Origin: Bigelowiella natans CCMP2755
Lineage: Eukaryota; Protista; Cercozoa
Length of the DNA stretch: 64,000 nucleotides
Direction: 5' to 3'
Assembly: GCA_000320545.1 (NCBI GenBank)
Contig: ADNK01000506.1
Span: 155,452 to 219,451, forward strand
The notes under the pieces were generated by a model. That model made no database searches. It was not told the origin of the DNA and saw only the letters and a list, made by a program, of their open reading frames with translations. Position numbers and translations under genes: made by a program. Below are positions 50,786 through 64,000 of this stretch, one piece after another. Numbering within the stretch: position 1 is the first letter of the stretch; every line of letters begins with the position of its first letter.

Positions 50786-51388
50786 ACAAGCTTGCTAGCT
50801 TGAAAGCCGAACTAAATCCCATGCTAGCATGTTCCATCGCAAACTGAGGGAAATTCGATGAAAGTCCACATTTTGTTTGATGAGCGAAGTTGCAGATGGT
50901 CGTGCTTTCACACATTTCCAATAGCAACAGTGAACGTGATCATCACGACAAACAACTCTGTCATGTACACACACACAGCCGTTGATGCACGACTAGACAC
51001 AAGAATTGGGTGTGATCTCATCTAGACAGCACTGCTGCAGACGCAAGCCAGGACGCCAGGACCAAACATACATGCAAAGCAATGATGATAATGGTCAGCA
51101 TGCACATCATTGCATGTACCTGGTGGGATGCAGCATGCACACCCGATGTCTAGATGCCATCGAACAATGTTCATTTCCCATCACTTTGCATCGACCAGCA
51201 AAATGAGCAGGCTTTGCATGTTCTACGTGCTGCATTTAATTGTCATCGGGTTATTCAATCGAGTCTCGAATGGAGGCCTGTTATTTGTCATTCACGTTGG
51301 CAACATTTTGTCCACACGCTTTCGTGACTGAATGGAATCCAACCACATTTAATGTTTATTCTCCAAAATAAGTCAAGTTCTATAAAAT

Positions 51389-53640
51389 TCATCCCTCCTT
51401 GGCCTCTTCAAGATCTGTTAGCTTTTTAATGAGGTTCTTGACATTCGCGAATCTGCCAGGATGATTGAGAGTAAGAATAACGACGACGACTCATTCGATA
51501 CAACTGCAGAGTTTCTATGGATTTCACTTACACGCTGTCAGAATCTCCGCAAGCGCTCACTGTGAAGAGCTTCTCCTCCTGCCTGTCATCAGTTATCGAA
51601 ATAACAGCATATATAGAGTGTAATGATAATCAATTCACTCGACGATTGAAGCGAAGTATAAAATATGGATGACTGACCTATAATGATCAATGACTGGCAT
51701 CGTATCGGCCTCGTATGTATGAAACCTGATTGAACGTATACATTCAATCTTGGCAAGACTTGGAACCCTATGCATGACGTGCGATGATATTCTACCTCTT
51801 CTTGATCGTCTGGATGTTATCATCATTTCTTCCCTAAGAGAATTTACCATTTTTTTGCAGAGGATGAGAGTGAAGCAATAGTGGTGATGACGCGTGATGA
51901 TGATGACGACGATGACAATGGCAAATATGATGTATTCCAGCGACTCACACCTACTGGGCTCTTCGCAAACAAGAGAAAGAGGCTGTTTTTAGTAGCAGCG
52001 ACATGGCACCTCGCCTACCTCTGTCTGTGCTCTAAGGAGAATCCTCTTTTCCATCTCATCCTCGGGGCAATCTAAGAATATCACGCCGACCTGCCAACAC
52101 ATCATTGTCATCATTTCTGTCAAGTACACCTACTCTCACGATGACTACTCGCCACAACTACTGCCATCATACCCACTACAACTACAATTAGCGCAGCCTT
52201 GATCATGTCTTAGCAAACCCCCATTATTGTTAAAACAAGAGACAGCAGCAGCAGCAGGAACAGATACTTACAACGTCAGCCCACTCGCCAATCACATCGG
52301 TCCAGCCCCGGAGGTTTTCATGGGATCTAGGAGGAGGAAGGAAGAAAGAGAGAGAGAGGCCAGGAAATACATCAGGGTGGGATGAAATAATGATTTCTCA
52401 AAAGGCGAGTGGCATATTGAGCGCGATCTTAGTTGGATTCTATCCACACCCCTCTCTTGAGTGCGCTAAGCATGTATCATATGCAGCAACGTTATCATAG
52501 CTATGGAAATCATGATCTTCATGCCCCCCCACCTCCTCCAGCTAATAAATGTAACGTATACCGTTCTATTACCTTGGAAACCCGTCGATTAAAAACCAAC
52601 TGTTGCCTTAATTGCGAAAAAAAAGAACAATGTTTAATAAAGGTAGGATCCAGCATTACCATCATCACCATCATTGACAATTTAATCATCTTGACTGTCA
52701 TCATCATCATCACCATCACCATCATCATCATCATCACCACCACCTTTCCTTACCATTGTCTCTGGCCTTCTCCATCTCGGCTTTTAGGAGCGATACTGAA
52801 ATCATCGAATATATACTACTCATCTACGCACTCGCATACACTCAAACACAAAAGGAGAGAGAAACACAAGGTTGATAGAGAGATAGCGAGAGAGGGGGGC
52901 GGGGAGAGGGGCGAGGATGCGGAGAGATAACACCTGTGATTTCCACAGGAACAATACGGCCCTCGGTGATATATTGATTTATCAATTCGCCCACCTTCGA
53001 ACCAACTCGGTCTCGTTCCGCTCTAATTGGAAGAGGAGGAGGAGGATGAGTCAGGGAAGAGGAAAAGGTAGGACCGATAAGGACGTTTATTGTAATAACA
53101 TTTATATCGTGGCTATAGAACCTAAGGAGATCTCCAGCAGATAGGTGCATGAATGGAAAAGTCGTCGCCATCTTCTTACACTGGTGAACGAATAAATGTG
53201 TATTTCAATCAACTAATCAATCCATTATCCCCATCATCATCATCATCACCACGATCATCATCGCTGTTGGCGTCTTCATAAAAGAGATATAACATGGTGG
53301 TGGTGGTGATGGAATCGAGACATTTCAGTCTATTATGGCGATGACCAAAGTGATTGTTGATATGTAGACAACCAGTACCTGCGTGCCCTTTCCCGATCCT
53401 GGCCCGCCAAGCACAAACAGAACGCGAGGCTTCAGCTCTGCTTTCATTTCTACCAAAATACCACCAGTACAATAAAAAATTTGGCCGTGTCACGGGGGGG
53501 GGGGGGAATCATGAAATTTCTTCAAGATTCCATATTAATATCACACTCCCTAATCATCCGTGTCTTCACTGATATGTTGCACCTGCCGCGGCAGCTTCTT
53601 CTCCCGCTTTATTGGCTCGTCCTTCTTTGGCTTCATCCAT
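51389..53640 (-). CDS. UMP-CMP kinase (adenylate kinase family), multi-exon
   Basis: KPRVLFVLGGPGSGKGTQ, HLSAGDLL|RAER, GRIVPVEIT, FLIDGFPR, FLDCPEDEMEKRILLR and FHTYEADTMPVIDHY. Confidence 0.93.
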
Positions 53641-54841
53641 GACCCATTTGGGCTGTGAGAATTGTTAAGAAAATGAGTTCTGGCATACTCAGCAGTTAGA
53701 GAGATATCGGTTAATTACAGAAGGATACAGATCATCACCTTCCTTCAACCTCACACGCACCACCACAACCAACATCATTTAATCGGTAATCACTTTTGTT
53801 TCATCCGAACGATAGTCTGCTGTCATTCCTATGCTCCCACCGCGCCATCTTAGAGCCCTCTACCGACAAGTTGATTGTTAATGTGTGAAAGCATGTGACC
53901 AAGGGCTTATTTAACGTGTTTGGTGAGTTGTTATGAAAGATGTATCAACCAAAGGGGGGAAACGGGGGAAACACATAATCATTAATAACTATTTCTGGTA
54001 TTAAACGTTGTTATCGCCATTAAAATGCCGTATAAATCTACTATTCATATGGCATATCTAACCTTGATGCTGGTGCTTTTTCGGCCATTTCCCATCCTTC
54101 GATGCCATGCCGTTGTACCAAGCCATGGTTCTAACCCGTCTCTCATGGCTCTAACATTAGGGCGTGTTTTGGATCTAAATAGACCTTCGCTTTTCTGGAG
54201 GCCTGCCAATTTCATGGAGTAGCGAGGACTCACTACTCGAGAGCACTGTAATCTTGCGGTGATATGACAGAGCATCACGAATATTGTGATAAGCCGCACT
54301 GAAACACCCAAAGATGTAACACACCAAAATATCAACTTTGTGGATCTTGGGGCTTGTGAAGCAAAAGTTACATTTGTCTTTTGCCGTCCAAGCACACATC
54401 CACGCCTGCCGCCTCAGATACGCAACAGTGCGTCACACTTCAGAGAAAGATGATGTCCCAGGCAAATGGAGGTCTAGAAATAAAAGTTGTAGGGTTTGGA
54501 TTAATCACCTCAGCGAAAGGGGGTGAGTCTTCAGATTCATACCTCGTTGTCACCCTCTGAACCAAGCGGAGAGGGCCGAAAGGGGGGGTATCGGCTGTTC
54601 AGCCGGATAATATGAATGCAGGCTATTTCTCAAGGAAAGACATAGAAAAATGCTGATATTTTGCATATTTCTCTTGGTTCATTCGCCACTTTCTCTTGGC
54701 CGGAATGATACGGCGACATGGAAAATGAAAATCGCCTTGCTGAGAATTCTTTTCTGCCACATGAATTTTAGTTGTCGCAGGGATGAAACTGAGTGCATCT
54801 CCCGGACGTCACGTGTGAAAACGGAAAAACACTCGGGAACA

Positions 54842-55600
54842 ATGAGCTCGTGTGTCCAAGTAGACCATGAAGGTGTGGTCCATGGGATTGCTCGCTTGGG
54901 GTTTGAAGGCATGGTGTTCTTGCTTGGTAACTCCAAGAAGAAGAAAGCCATGATGGGAGGATTTCGGGGTGAAGAAAGCAAAGAGAACCTGAAGCTGGCA
55001 AAGCTAGAAAGATTGAGCACGCAAGACAATGAAACTGGGAACGGAGCAATGGTCAGAAGTTGGTTCGAGGCACTGCGTTTCGCACACTGGAAATGTCTTG
55101 TCACACTTTGGAAACGTAGTTCATCATCATTGTTCTCATTGTTCTCATTTTTGTTTGAGTCCGACGATGGTCTTCTTGAGAGGCAGTGAGTGAAACAATT
55201 GGCACTTCCGATCCTGACAGCTGCACCATTGAGATGGTGTCATGCTTTCGTTCATCCGTTTTGATGATCCTTTCCACTGTGTCATTGGAATCGTTTCATT
55301 TGTTCATTCTTTCATCTGTTCTCCAGCTTTCTCCAAAAACTCTGCCACTTTCCACAATGCTGGAATGGTCGTCTTGCTGATTGGGGAGGAGGTCGTCCAG
55401 AGGTGGCACTGAGCACTTCTGATGATCCTTCCGATTGCACTGTTGGATCCCTCCATTCTTTCATCCACTCGTTTGTTGTTTGAGGTGCTTCTCTGCATGC
55501 TGCTAGGCTAGCAGCATGAGCAACAACTGTGCCTTCTGTTGGAGTGTCGGACACTGAGCACTTTTTGTGGTCCTCTCGACTGCGCCATGCTGGCATGCAA
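54842..55600 (+). pseudogene. Probable decayed spliced gene relic inside a TpA-depleted island
   Basis: Tyr-free ORF starting MSSCVQVDHEG, donor GTGAGT at 55186, polypyrimidine acceptor ...ATCTGTTCTCCAG at 55326. No identifiable family. Confidence 0.35.
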
Positions 55601-56262
55601 TGGTGACTGTGGCACCTTATTCATTCATCAATTCATCCAAATGAACACTGATTGATCCTTCTCGAGCAAATTTCAGCATTGGGAATCAATGTTCTTCTGG
55701 AGCATGCGTCGTCAGCATGCATTTTGGCGCAATGAGGTCAATGCAAGCTAGCAAGTTTGACTGAAAGCTGGCGGCAACAGCCATGATTGATCCGTTCCAG
55801 ACTGACTCGACCAAACCAACCATGTGCAGATTGATTTGTCGTCATCGTGCACACTGCACGAAGCATCACAACAGCATCTCCGCGAGTGGGCACAACATGC
55901 ACTGGAACAATCGCCTGCTGCCCCCTGTCTAGCTGTGCGTGCATGTGCATGCCTAGCATGCGCAGCATGTCACGTACAAGCAGTCGTCGTCCCGCTGCAG
56001 CTTTCGGAGCAGGTTGTGATCGAGCCTGCCTGGTGACAACAAGAAATTGCAAAAAGTGTTGTGATGCGGGTGTCGAGGTAGCTTGATGACTCCAACATCA
56101 ATGGAACACAGCGCATGTCTGCGCATTGCTGGCCTGGCAGGCAATGTGCACATGAAACACGCGTTACTTGTTCATGTCTCACAATGATAAAAGTGGGTTG
56201 CTGCACTGCTATCATGTAAGCAGTGACAGAAATTTTGTATTGAGAGGCGTGTGTAGAATCGT

Positions 56263-58248
56263 TCAGAACTCGTAATTCCCTGATGCATGCCTGGGCCTAC
56301 TTTGATAACTCGATAGGCTGGATATTTCTTCCTTCAAGTGGTCGTTGTACAATTGCTCCCGCAATGCTAACCGGTGTTTCGTTCTCCGTTTACGCCGCAT
56401 CCGCTGAAAACTAGATATATTCTCGTTGGAGAGTCGATTTAGCTTTAGGAGCCTGCTTTCTGACCGCAAGTCAAGCGACGCGATCCCGTGATGCGGCGTG
56501 ACACTGTGCCACATCTTAGACATATTTCTGGACAAATCGCGTTGATGGCGCCTCATCTCGCTCCTCCACTCAGACTTCCCTGAGTAGCATACTTCCTCTC
56601 CTAACTCGCGCATGGGACTGACGGGTGGATGGGAGAAAACTCGTCGTGTGGCTGTCGTTAGGCAGTCTAGTAATGCGTCCTTCTCAACATTGGTGGCCAG
56701 CACTACGCTAACTTGGACCTCCCCCACAATAGTCCGCTTCGTCTTGGAGATGCTGTAAAGGGGACAAGACTTGTACTTCTCGACCGTGTAGGCGCTGGCA
56801 GCCTCCCAGAGGATATCAACGACCGCCCTATACTCCTGTAGTAGAAGAACAACAGACAGACGGAAGATAACATCGATCAATGCGAATGACGAGTAGGAGG
56901 GAGAATGCTTGCATGTCGCGCTCGCTTGCAGTGGTGTGGATTACCTCCTTATCTTTCCCTTTCTCCTTCAACCTAAGCTTGAAGACAACGTTGTGCTGCA
57001 ACGATGGGTGCAGTCTCGGGATGAGATTGTAAGCTATTCGATGCGGGGTCTCTATACTTCTCACTGTTTCCCATCCGTTTCCGTAGCTAAGTCGATAAAG
57101 TATGCACGTATTGTTGTCAAGTTAGCGAAGAACAGCACTACTGAGGAAATATATGTAGAATGTACCCGCCTACTCGACTATCCTCTCTCCCTCTCTCTCC
57201 CTCACTCTCTCTCTCTCTCCACCATATATACATCTACACATACTCTATATCGAGCATCATTGACTGTAATTTTCTGTAGTTGCTAACGGCCGCCGCCTCG
57301 TCCTTCTTAGCCCTAGTTCCTTTAGGCAGAATCCCAGTCGTAAACTTGCATATTTGCACCCAGAAGCTTTTTTCCTCCACAAATCTTATCCTCTGTATCT
57401 TCTCGCGTTGAATGTCCTTGAAAAGAAATAATGTGTGCGTGTGAGTGTGGTACGTGCGCTTGTGTAAGCGTGTGTGCGTGTGCCGGCTGGCTACTGCTGC
57501 CACTGTCGTTGTTGTCTTCAACTTAATTGTCACCTTGGCGCGCTTGCCCATTCCCATTCTTGCCCCACCCACCATTCGATGGTATGTGTAGTTCATCGTT
57601 GGTATCGACGACGCCTTTATTGTGAGATCGTGGTTGAGCCGTTTGCCGTCTGTGGAAAGGGAGAAGCGCTCTACTGTCTCCCTCCCATTCTCATAGCTGG
57701 TGTTGACCATGAATACGGCATTGGATTTCCTCAGTGTCGATTCGGGGGACTGAGAGCTGCTTGGAGAGCTACTGCTGCTATGGGGTATCCACAGCCTGTC
57801 GTTGAATGACAATTGCATTAGACTTCAAAGTGGGCCATGTGATATTAACATAGTAGACGCTGCTGCTTATTTCCAAGCTTCAGAACCAAGTATTCGTAGA
57901 AGTAGTGGTAGTACTACTACTAGTCGGTAGTAATAGTAGTATTAGTGATATTAGTAGAAGTAGTAATGGTTTTCATCGTCATCATCATCATTATCATTAA
58001 CAATAAACCGCAGTTCCCACACCTTTTAACTGCCACCGTTCCATTTTTTAGGAGGACGGTGACCGGCTTGGCTTCGTCTCTCCTCACGTCAAAGCGAGCA
58101 TTCCAGCTATCACCATAGGCCGAGTGGCAATTCAGAATTATCCGCTGCGTTATGTAGAGTAAACAATAACTGGTAAAGTCTCCAATCTTCGATCAACCAT
58201 TCGGTTTTATGCACACACATCGCCTTGTTACTTGTTACAGCAGCTCGA

Positions 58249-58285
<37 letters not shown>

Positions 58286-60664
58286 CATATATAATATACT
58301 AAACAAAAAATTGGCTTTCTAACGAAGTGCTGCCTGCAACGAGATAGGCGACATGAACAGCAGACGACGTCGGATGATACTACTCTATGACCTCCCATCG
58401 TTGTTTTCATGATCATACGACGACAAACGGCAACAAACAACGCTGCTCACCCAAGCGACTCCATTTACTGTGCTTATGTTTTGCAGGTTTATCCTCAGAA
58501 TCTGCGCTTCCTTACCACCGTCACCCGCTACGCCGCTATCAACACCTCCTCCTCCTCCTTGCTCACCCCCTTTCTCTCCTTTTCCCGCTGCAACAATAGC
58601 CTCGATACCAGAAGGAGTATCATGAGTCGTCGATAGCCTCGCACCCCATTTTGAAAGGGATGGGATCTGCCGCATAAACAGCGAGGAGATACCGAGGAAC
58701 TTCTGTGCTGCGGCCTCATGAAATGGATCGTCAATATGCCGCTCCCAGTACCCGGAGAAATGGGAGAATAGCGTGTATTTCCTCTCCTCCTCCTCCTCCT
58801 CATCATTACCATCACCGCTGTCGTGGATCATAGAATCTGGGAGCAAATGACCGCCCTCTCGCTTACCTGAGCACGCATGTATTGGACTCGTGAGTTAGCT
58901 CATAAGAGTGGTGAGAGTCAACAAAGACATTGACATTTTTATCATGGCTACTGCCTGGCGAGAGTTACACAGCAGCTGCTATCGTCGCCTCTGCGCCCCA
59001 TACATTTATACCCCTGCACGTTTCATGGAAACAGCGCAGAGAGGAAAAAATATGGCTTTCCCGCTCTGAGTCCGTACCTCCCAACTTAGCATTAAATCTT
59101 GCTATAGTTGCAAACGACGACAACGATGTGACGACGACAAACTGACCGGTGAGGCCATTATTGACCGTAGCTTTGACTTGAATCCTTATGAAACCACCGC
59201 TGCTGCTGCTCCCATTCTTGGCACCCCCCTCCCCACTTTGCCCCTGCATCATTAGGGTATACGCTGCGTTTTCGTCCCCAATTCCGTTCAGCCCGCTTCG
59301 AAGCACTAATTCTATAAATTATGTGTCTTTGCGTGTGTGTGTGTGTGTGTTTGTGTGTTTGCGTGTGCTTGATGTATAGTTGTTAGTTGTGGATCGTTGT
59401 ATGGTGTGGAGCCGCTGTTTCTAAGAGCAGGCAGGGTTAGGTACAACTTCTCTAGTCTTTATCATCACTGTCACCATGTTGTTTTTGCCGCCGTATTCAG
59501 GTGTATAGTTGTTATTCGTTTGTTTTGCGATACGATGATAGGCACCCCCCCCCCGATTTCCAGCTTTGTCGGCATTGGGTTCCACTACTACTACTACTAC
59601 TGCTACTACTACTACAACTGCAACTACTACAACTGCAACTACTACGATCCATGCACTAGTGTGCACCTTTGTTGATAACCCAAATGGACCCTAAAGCCTC
59701 CCCCCTCTCGGTGATGACACGTAGCTGCGTGTACTGGAGAAGCTCGCTTGGTTTGGATATCTGTATTTGAGTGTATATGTTTAATAATGTGTCTTGTGTG
59801 TATGCGCGCGCGTGGCATTTCTCCTATCGTCTACTTGAGAGGACAAGCAGAACCGGGTTCATTTCTCGTCCTCCTCCTCTTTGCAACAACAACAACAACA
59901 ACAACACCAACATCAAACATACACATGTATGCTGCCATCTTCGAGTACTACCTGAAACTTGAGCTCCTGATCGAGCACGTAGCGATATGGGAGGTCTCTG
60001 ATAGTCTTCTCTCTCCTCATCTTCTCCATCCTCATTCTCCTCACATCATTATTATTATAGCTGTTGCTGCTCTTACGCTTGTTGTGTTTAATGTCGTAAT
60101 CCTCGGAAATCTTGTCCCACTTATTCCTCAAACGCCGCTTGAGGAAGGCCCGCCTAACGTCCACGTGTTGGGAGAAATCCGCGGCGTGAGCTTCACCTGC
60201 ATGCAATCGAGACCTTTTCTTCCCATGGGGGGGATAACTAGCTAAGAGCCTTAGCCTATTGGCCCTGAGGTGTATTCGAACATACGGGTGGGTTTCGTTG
60301 TAAAGCAAATGGAAAAGCGTACATGGGTACTACACACGTGCACATGGTGAACATACGCCCCCCCCCCCCCCCCCCCCCTCCCCAATAATATACGCCGAAG
60401 AAAAAACGATGATGCTTTTCTTTGAAAAGTTTGGTGAGGAGAACAATGCAAGGCCGCGAATGTATAGATAACGGCACAGAAAGATTAGGGACAGCAGCAC
60501 GATAATACCGCTTCGATTCTTCCTGGTAGATCCTAAGCTCATGGGATTTTAGCAGGAAGAAGAGGTTGCTATCATTTGCACGAAAACGGGGTGCGACGCT
60601 TAATTTAGGTCGCTTGTCCTTTTCATCCTTTTCCTCATTGGTTTCTGCGTAGTAGTACCATATT

Positions 60665-60703
<39 letters not shown>

Positions 60704-63183
60704 GTTTGATATAGTATAGTGTGGTCATTGTAAAGGTACCTTTGAATCGAAACTGTAAGAAGCCATCAGCAGCACCCTTTCTCACCTGTAGCAGTAGCAG
60801 TATTGGGGAGAGATTCACTACTGTGAATAGTTTTTGGACTGTTTCTCTTCTCCCTCCTCTTTCGATATGTCCTCCTCCCAAAATTACATTCACCTCCTAG
60901 CGCCATTCCACCACCACCACCAGCCGCAGCAGCAGTAGCAGCGCTGTTTTTCATCAACGCAAATAAGCAGTAACGGGCAACCTGATTGCGCCTGTCGTTC
61001 TCCGCCTTCTTCAATTGCTCAAGCCTTTCTTCACCGAATATCAGTCTGAATCTGCGGTCCGCCACCGTTTCGACTAAGAAGCGGCCGATGGCGGCGCAAT
61101 TGAGAGACGTGAGAGAAAGGATGCGTGCTCGTGATGATCCATCATGAGCATCATACTTCATTTCCTCAATTGCAGGTGCTAACACAACCAACCACATGAG
61201 GCAAACGCAGTGGCGCCTCCTTCTTCGTGGAAGGTGAATTGGTCTTCGCAACATCCCCACAATTAGAATGCTATGAGTCTGAAATATGGCTCTACGACTA
61301 CAAATGCCACTACTACTACTACTGCTGCTACTACCTTCTCGAAGTGGTGTTACATTTACGGACTGTCCAGCAGCACTATCCCCATCGCCACGGATCTCAG
61401 CATAACCTGAGGAACCTTTGATTCTAGATAATTAAGGGTGGGGGGGGGGGGGGGGAGTTGGTGAGGACGATGATAAGGAGGAGGAGTGAAGCAGTTCCTC
61501 AAATTACGAGGGGAAAGAAGCTACGAGAGTAGTAGACAGCGACAAGGCTGAATAAAACCGAAAGTGGTTCCTTGCTAGTGATGCAAGATAAACTTATACT
61601 CACACATATGTAGATACAAAGGGGGGCGGGGAGGTGTTTTCTTTTCTCCTCCTCCTCTGCTGCGATAGTAGCAGTAGCCTCCTACTACCTTTTCTGTTGT
61701 TGTTGCAGGGGTCGTCTCCGTGAGACTGGGCTGCTGCTGCTGTGGTGGGATCTCGCATTTCGCTTTTTGAGAATCAGTTTTCTCTCCTTATGTATACGAT
61801 GGATGCTTCTCATCGGATATCTCATCTGCCTCCTTCTGTGCCGCTTAAAGGCTTCTTCTAAAGCTACCTGCTCATTCTTCCTCTCCTTGTGATCACTCTT
61901 CGGTCTCTTCTCGCTTGCAGTATTTTCACCATCATCACACCCACCGCCCTTCTGCTCATATATAGTACCATCAGAGGAAGAAGATGCAGCAGCAGCAGCA
62001 GCAGTAACATCACGCTTAATTTCAACTTCTTCATCAGATGTAAGGAACCCCTCTAAGTCGCATGACAGAGGCACAATCGCCCCTCCCTTCCTCCTCGCCC
62101 GCTGAAGCTCCTTTTCCTTTGCCCTGGATTCACGCTTGTTGCGCCGTGCCCGTTTGCTGTAGCGTGGCCTTGGCCTCTCCCCATCCTCGCTGGAGGAATG
62201 CTTCTCGCTGCTGTCGTCGTGATCGGCATTTCCGTCATCATCACCATAATCGTTATCATCATATTTATGGTGGATATTCCCCATCGCCTTCGCTGTCATC
62301 ATTTTCCTCCGTCTTAGCTCAAACACGCGGCCTTCAGCATTGAAGAACGCTGTTTGATATTGTTCTCCGTCGTTCAAAGCGACCGATACTCGTGGAGGGG
62401 GGGTGACCTTCGCAGGGCCTCCCCCCTCCTCTCCTCCTGTATCACTTTGAGCACCCTCCTTCATAATGTTTTCATCTTCATCGTCATCGTCATCGTCACC
62501 CTCGATTCCCCCACTCAGCTTCCTCTCCTCGCGGCGTCGATGCCTCATCCAGGCAAGGGACGAGGGGGGCAAGAACACGTCGATGATGCGGATTGTCACC
62601 ACAAATCCAGGGAAGTAACAGCAGCTATGGTGAGAAGGAATTAGATGATGTTGTTGTCGGCTCAGAGTATCACTATTATCAGTGAGCTCTTCTTCGTCGT
62701 AGCCCTCGTTTGGCTCGCGACTTGGCCGACCCTCTCCCCTGCCCCCCAACATCCTATGCGTGTAGCTACTTAGGCGCAGCTTGTAAGAGGTAAAGCGACA
62801 GTGCAGACGGAGGAAACGTTCAATAAAAACCGCAAACTGTGTGGTCCCTAAGCTTCCCCCGAAGTGGACGAACCTGCACGCACATACGCAGGTATCTCTC
62901 TCATCACTTGTCAGCATTGGTGTTAGTAGTGTGGAAAAGGGACACGGGTTTGCATTTAATTAAACATAGAGGTTTATTTAAAGAAAGTGCTGGTACTTCC
63001 TCCAGCGTAGCTGCTGTATTGTGATCCCCTTTTCCTTCTTCTTCTTTCTGTGCTTTGATTGTCGTGATGGGGACAGCGCCAATGTGACCGCCTTTTTCTC
63101 AAATCGATAGCCCGTCTCGTCTGTGAGGGGATGAGACACGCAATGAGCATCGTCATTATTCACTGCCCTTACTATCACCATCG

Positions 63184-63216
<33 letters not shown>

Positions 63217-63937
63217 CTGATACATAGCCTATTCTCTCGCATCGATTGCTTTTGTCCTGCGACACGGCAAGGCCACGGGATATCATCAGTCTGCGTTTAC
63301 GCTACCAGCCCATCAAATCGATATTAAATAATGATTTGGCCATATTGATTTCATGCTGCTGCTACAGCGAAAATTTCCTATTTACTCTCACCACACCCGA
63401 CAACTACGATGACGACGACTACTGCTACTACTACCAGGACTGCGTTTCCTTTGTGCGATCTTGAGCACGTAAACCTGATTCCGAACTATGTCCGACCTTT
63501 TATTAATTTGTATACATATTATTATTTCAGTGTCAAGAACGCATATGATGATGATGATGATGATGATGATGATGGTGATGTTGTAAAGGAAATGTTTGAG
63601 TCTAGTGCAGATTGTGGGAAAATGGTGTGCGTTTGTGTTTGTGTTTGTTCGTGTGTATTTGTTGGTATATGAGTGAAACTCGTTGTCGCAGTTAGGAGGT
63701 ACTTTTTCCTTTGGAACATATTGGGGCTGAGATGCCTGTTTAATCACAACAGCAGCAGCAGCAGCAGCAGGAATATACAAATGTAATCTGAATCATGAAA
63801 TTATTACCACAATCAATTTCTGCATCAGCAGGCAAAATGTAAGGAGAAGAAGAGGAATAATAATAATAAGAAGTATAGAAGATAAAGTGTGTCGTATTCT
63901 CTTCGATTTCGTCTTTTTGATTCCTTCTTGTTCTCCT

Positions 63938-63983
<46 letters not shown>

Positions 63984-64000
63984 TCTCCCATGAATCCCGT
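56263..64000 (-). CDS. Very large multi-exon hypothetical protein, probably starting beyond the window, with a possible FABP/lipocalin-like segment
   Basis: Collinear minus-strand exon-like ORFs: 61685-62917, 60766-61260, 59913-60308, 58965-59306, 58385-58846, 57234-57818 and 56263-56880, separated by microsatellite-rich introns. Confidence 0.6.

Noticed and set aside
50179-56164. CpG methylation decay or RIP as the cause of TG/CA excess
   Set aside because: CpG remains common in the islands and TpA is lost rather than gained, the opposite of both processes.

Overview
Eukaryotic nuclear DNA with GT-AG introns, microsatellite-filled introns and compact intergenic spacers. It looks protist-like; a chlorarachniophyte is plausible but cannot be shown from the sequence. 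About 14 host genes are visible: a PPP phosphatase, a PH/proline-rich protein, a peroxisomal PhyH-type dioxygenase, a DAP-decarboxylase-like enzyme, an NDP-glucose 4,6-dehydratase, an F-box protein, a VPS9 GEF, a D-2-hydroxyacid dehydrogenase, UMP-CMP kinase and several hypothetical proteins. One intact, very young Ty3/gypsy LTR retrotransposon sits at 10844-16557, with identical 325-bp LTRs and a TGCG target-site duplication. Two signals stand out. (1) The gypsy polyprotein ends, after the integrase, in a domain patterned like a degenerate DIRS/Dam-type N6-adenine methyltransferase; the element also has a second polypurine tract, a shortened integrase core and highly structured LTRs. (2) Sharply bounded non-genic islands have lost almost all TpA dinucleotides except in CTAG, while keeping CpG. 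This fits a TA(not G)-directed A-to-G hypermutation of silent DNA, opposite in direction to RIP or CpG decay, and the retrotransposon has inserted into one such island. Host-gene exon boundaries were read by eye and are approximate.
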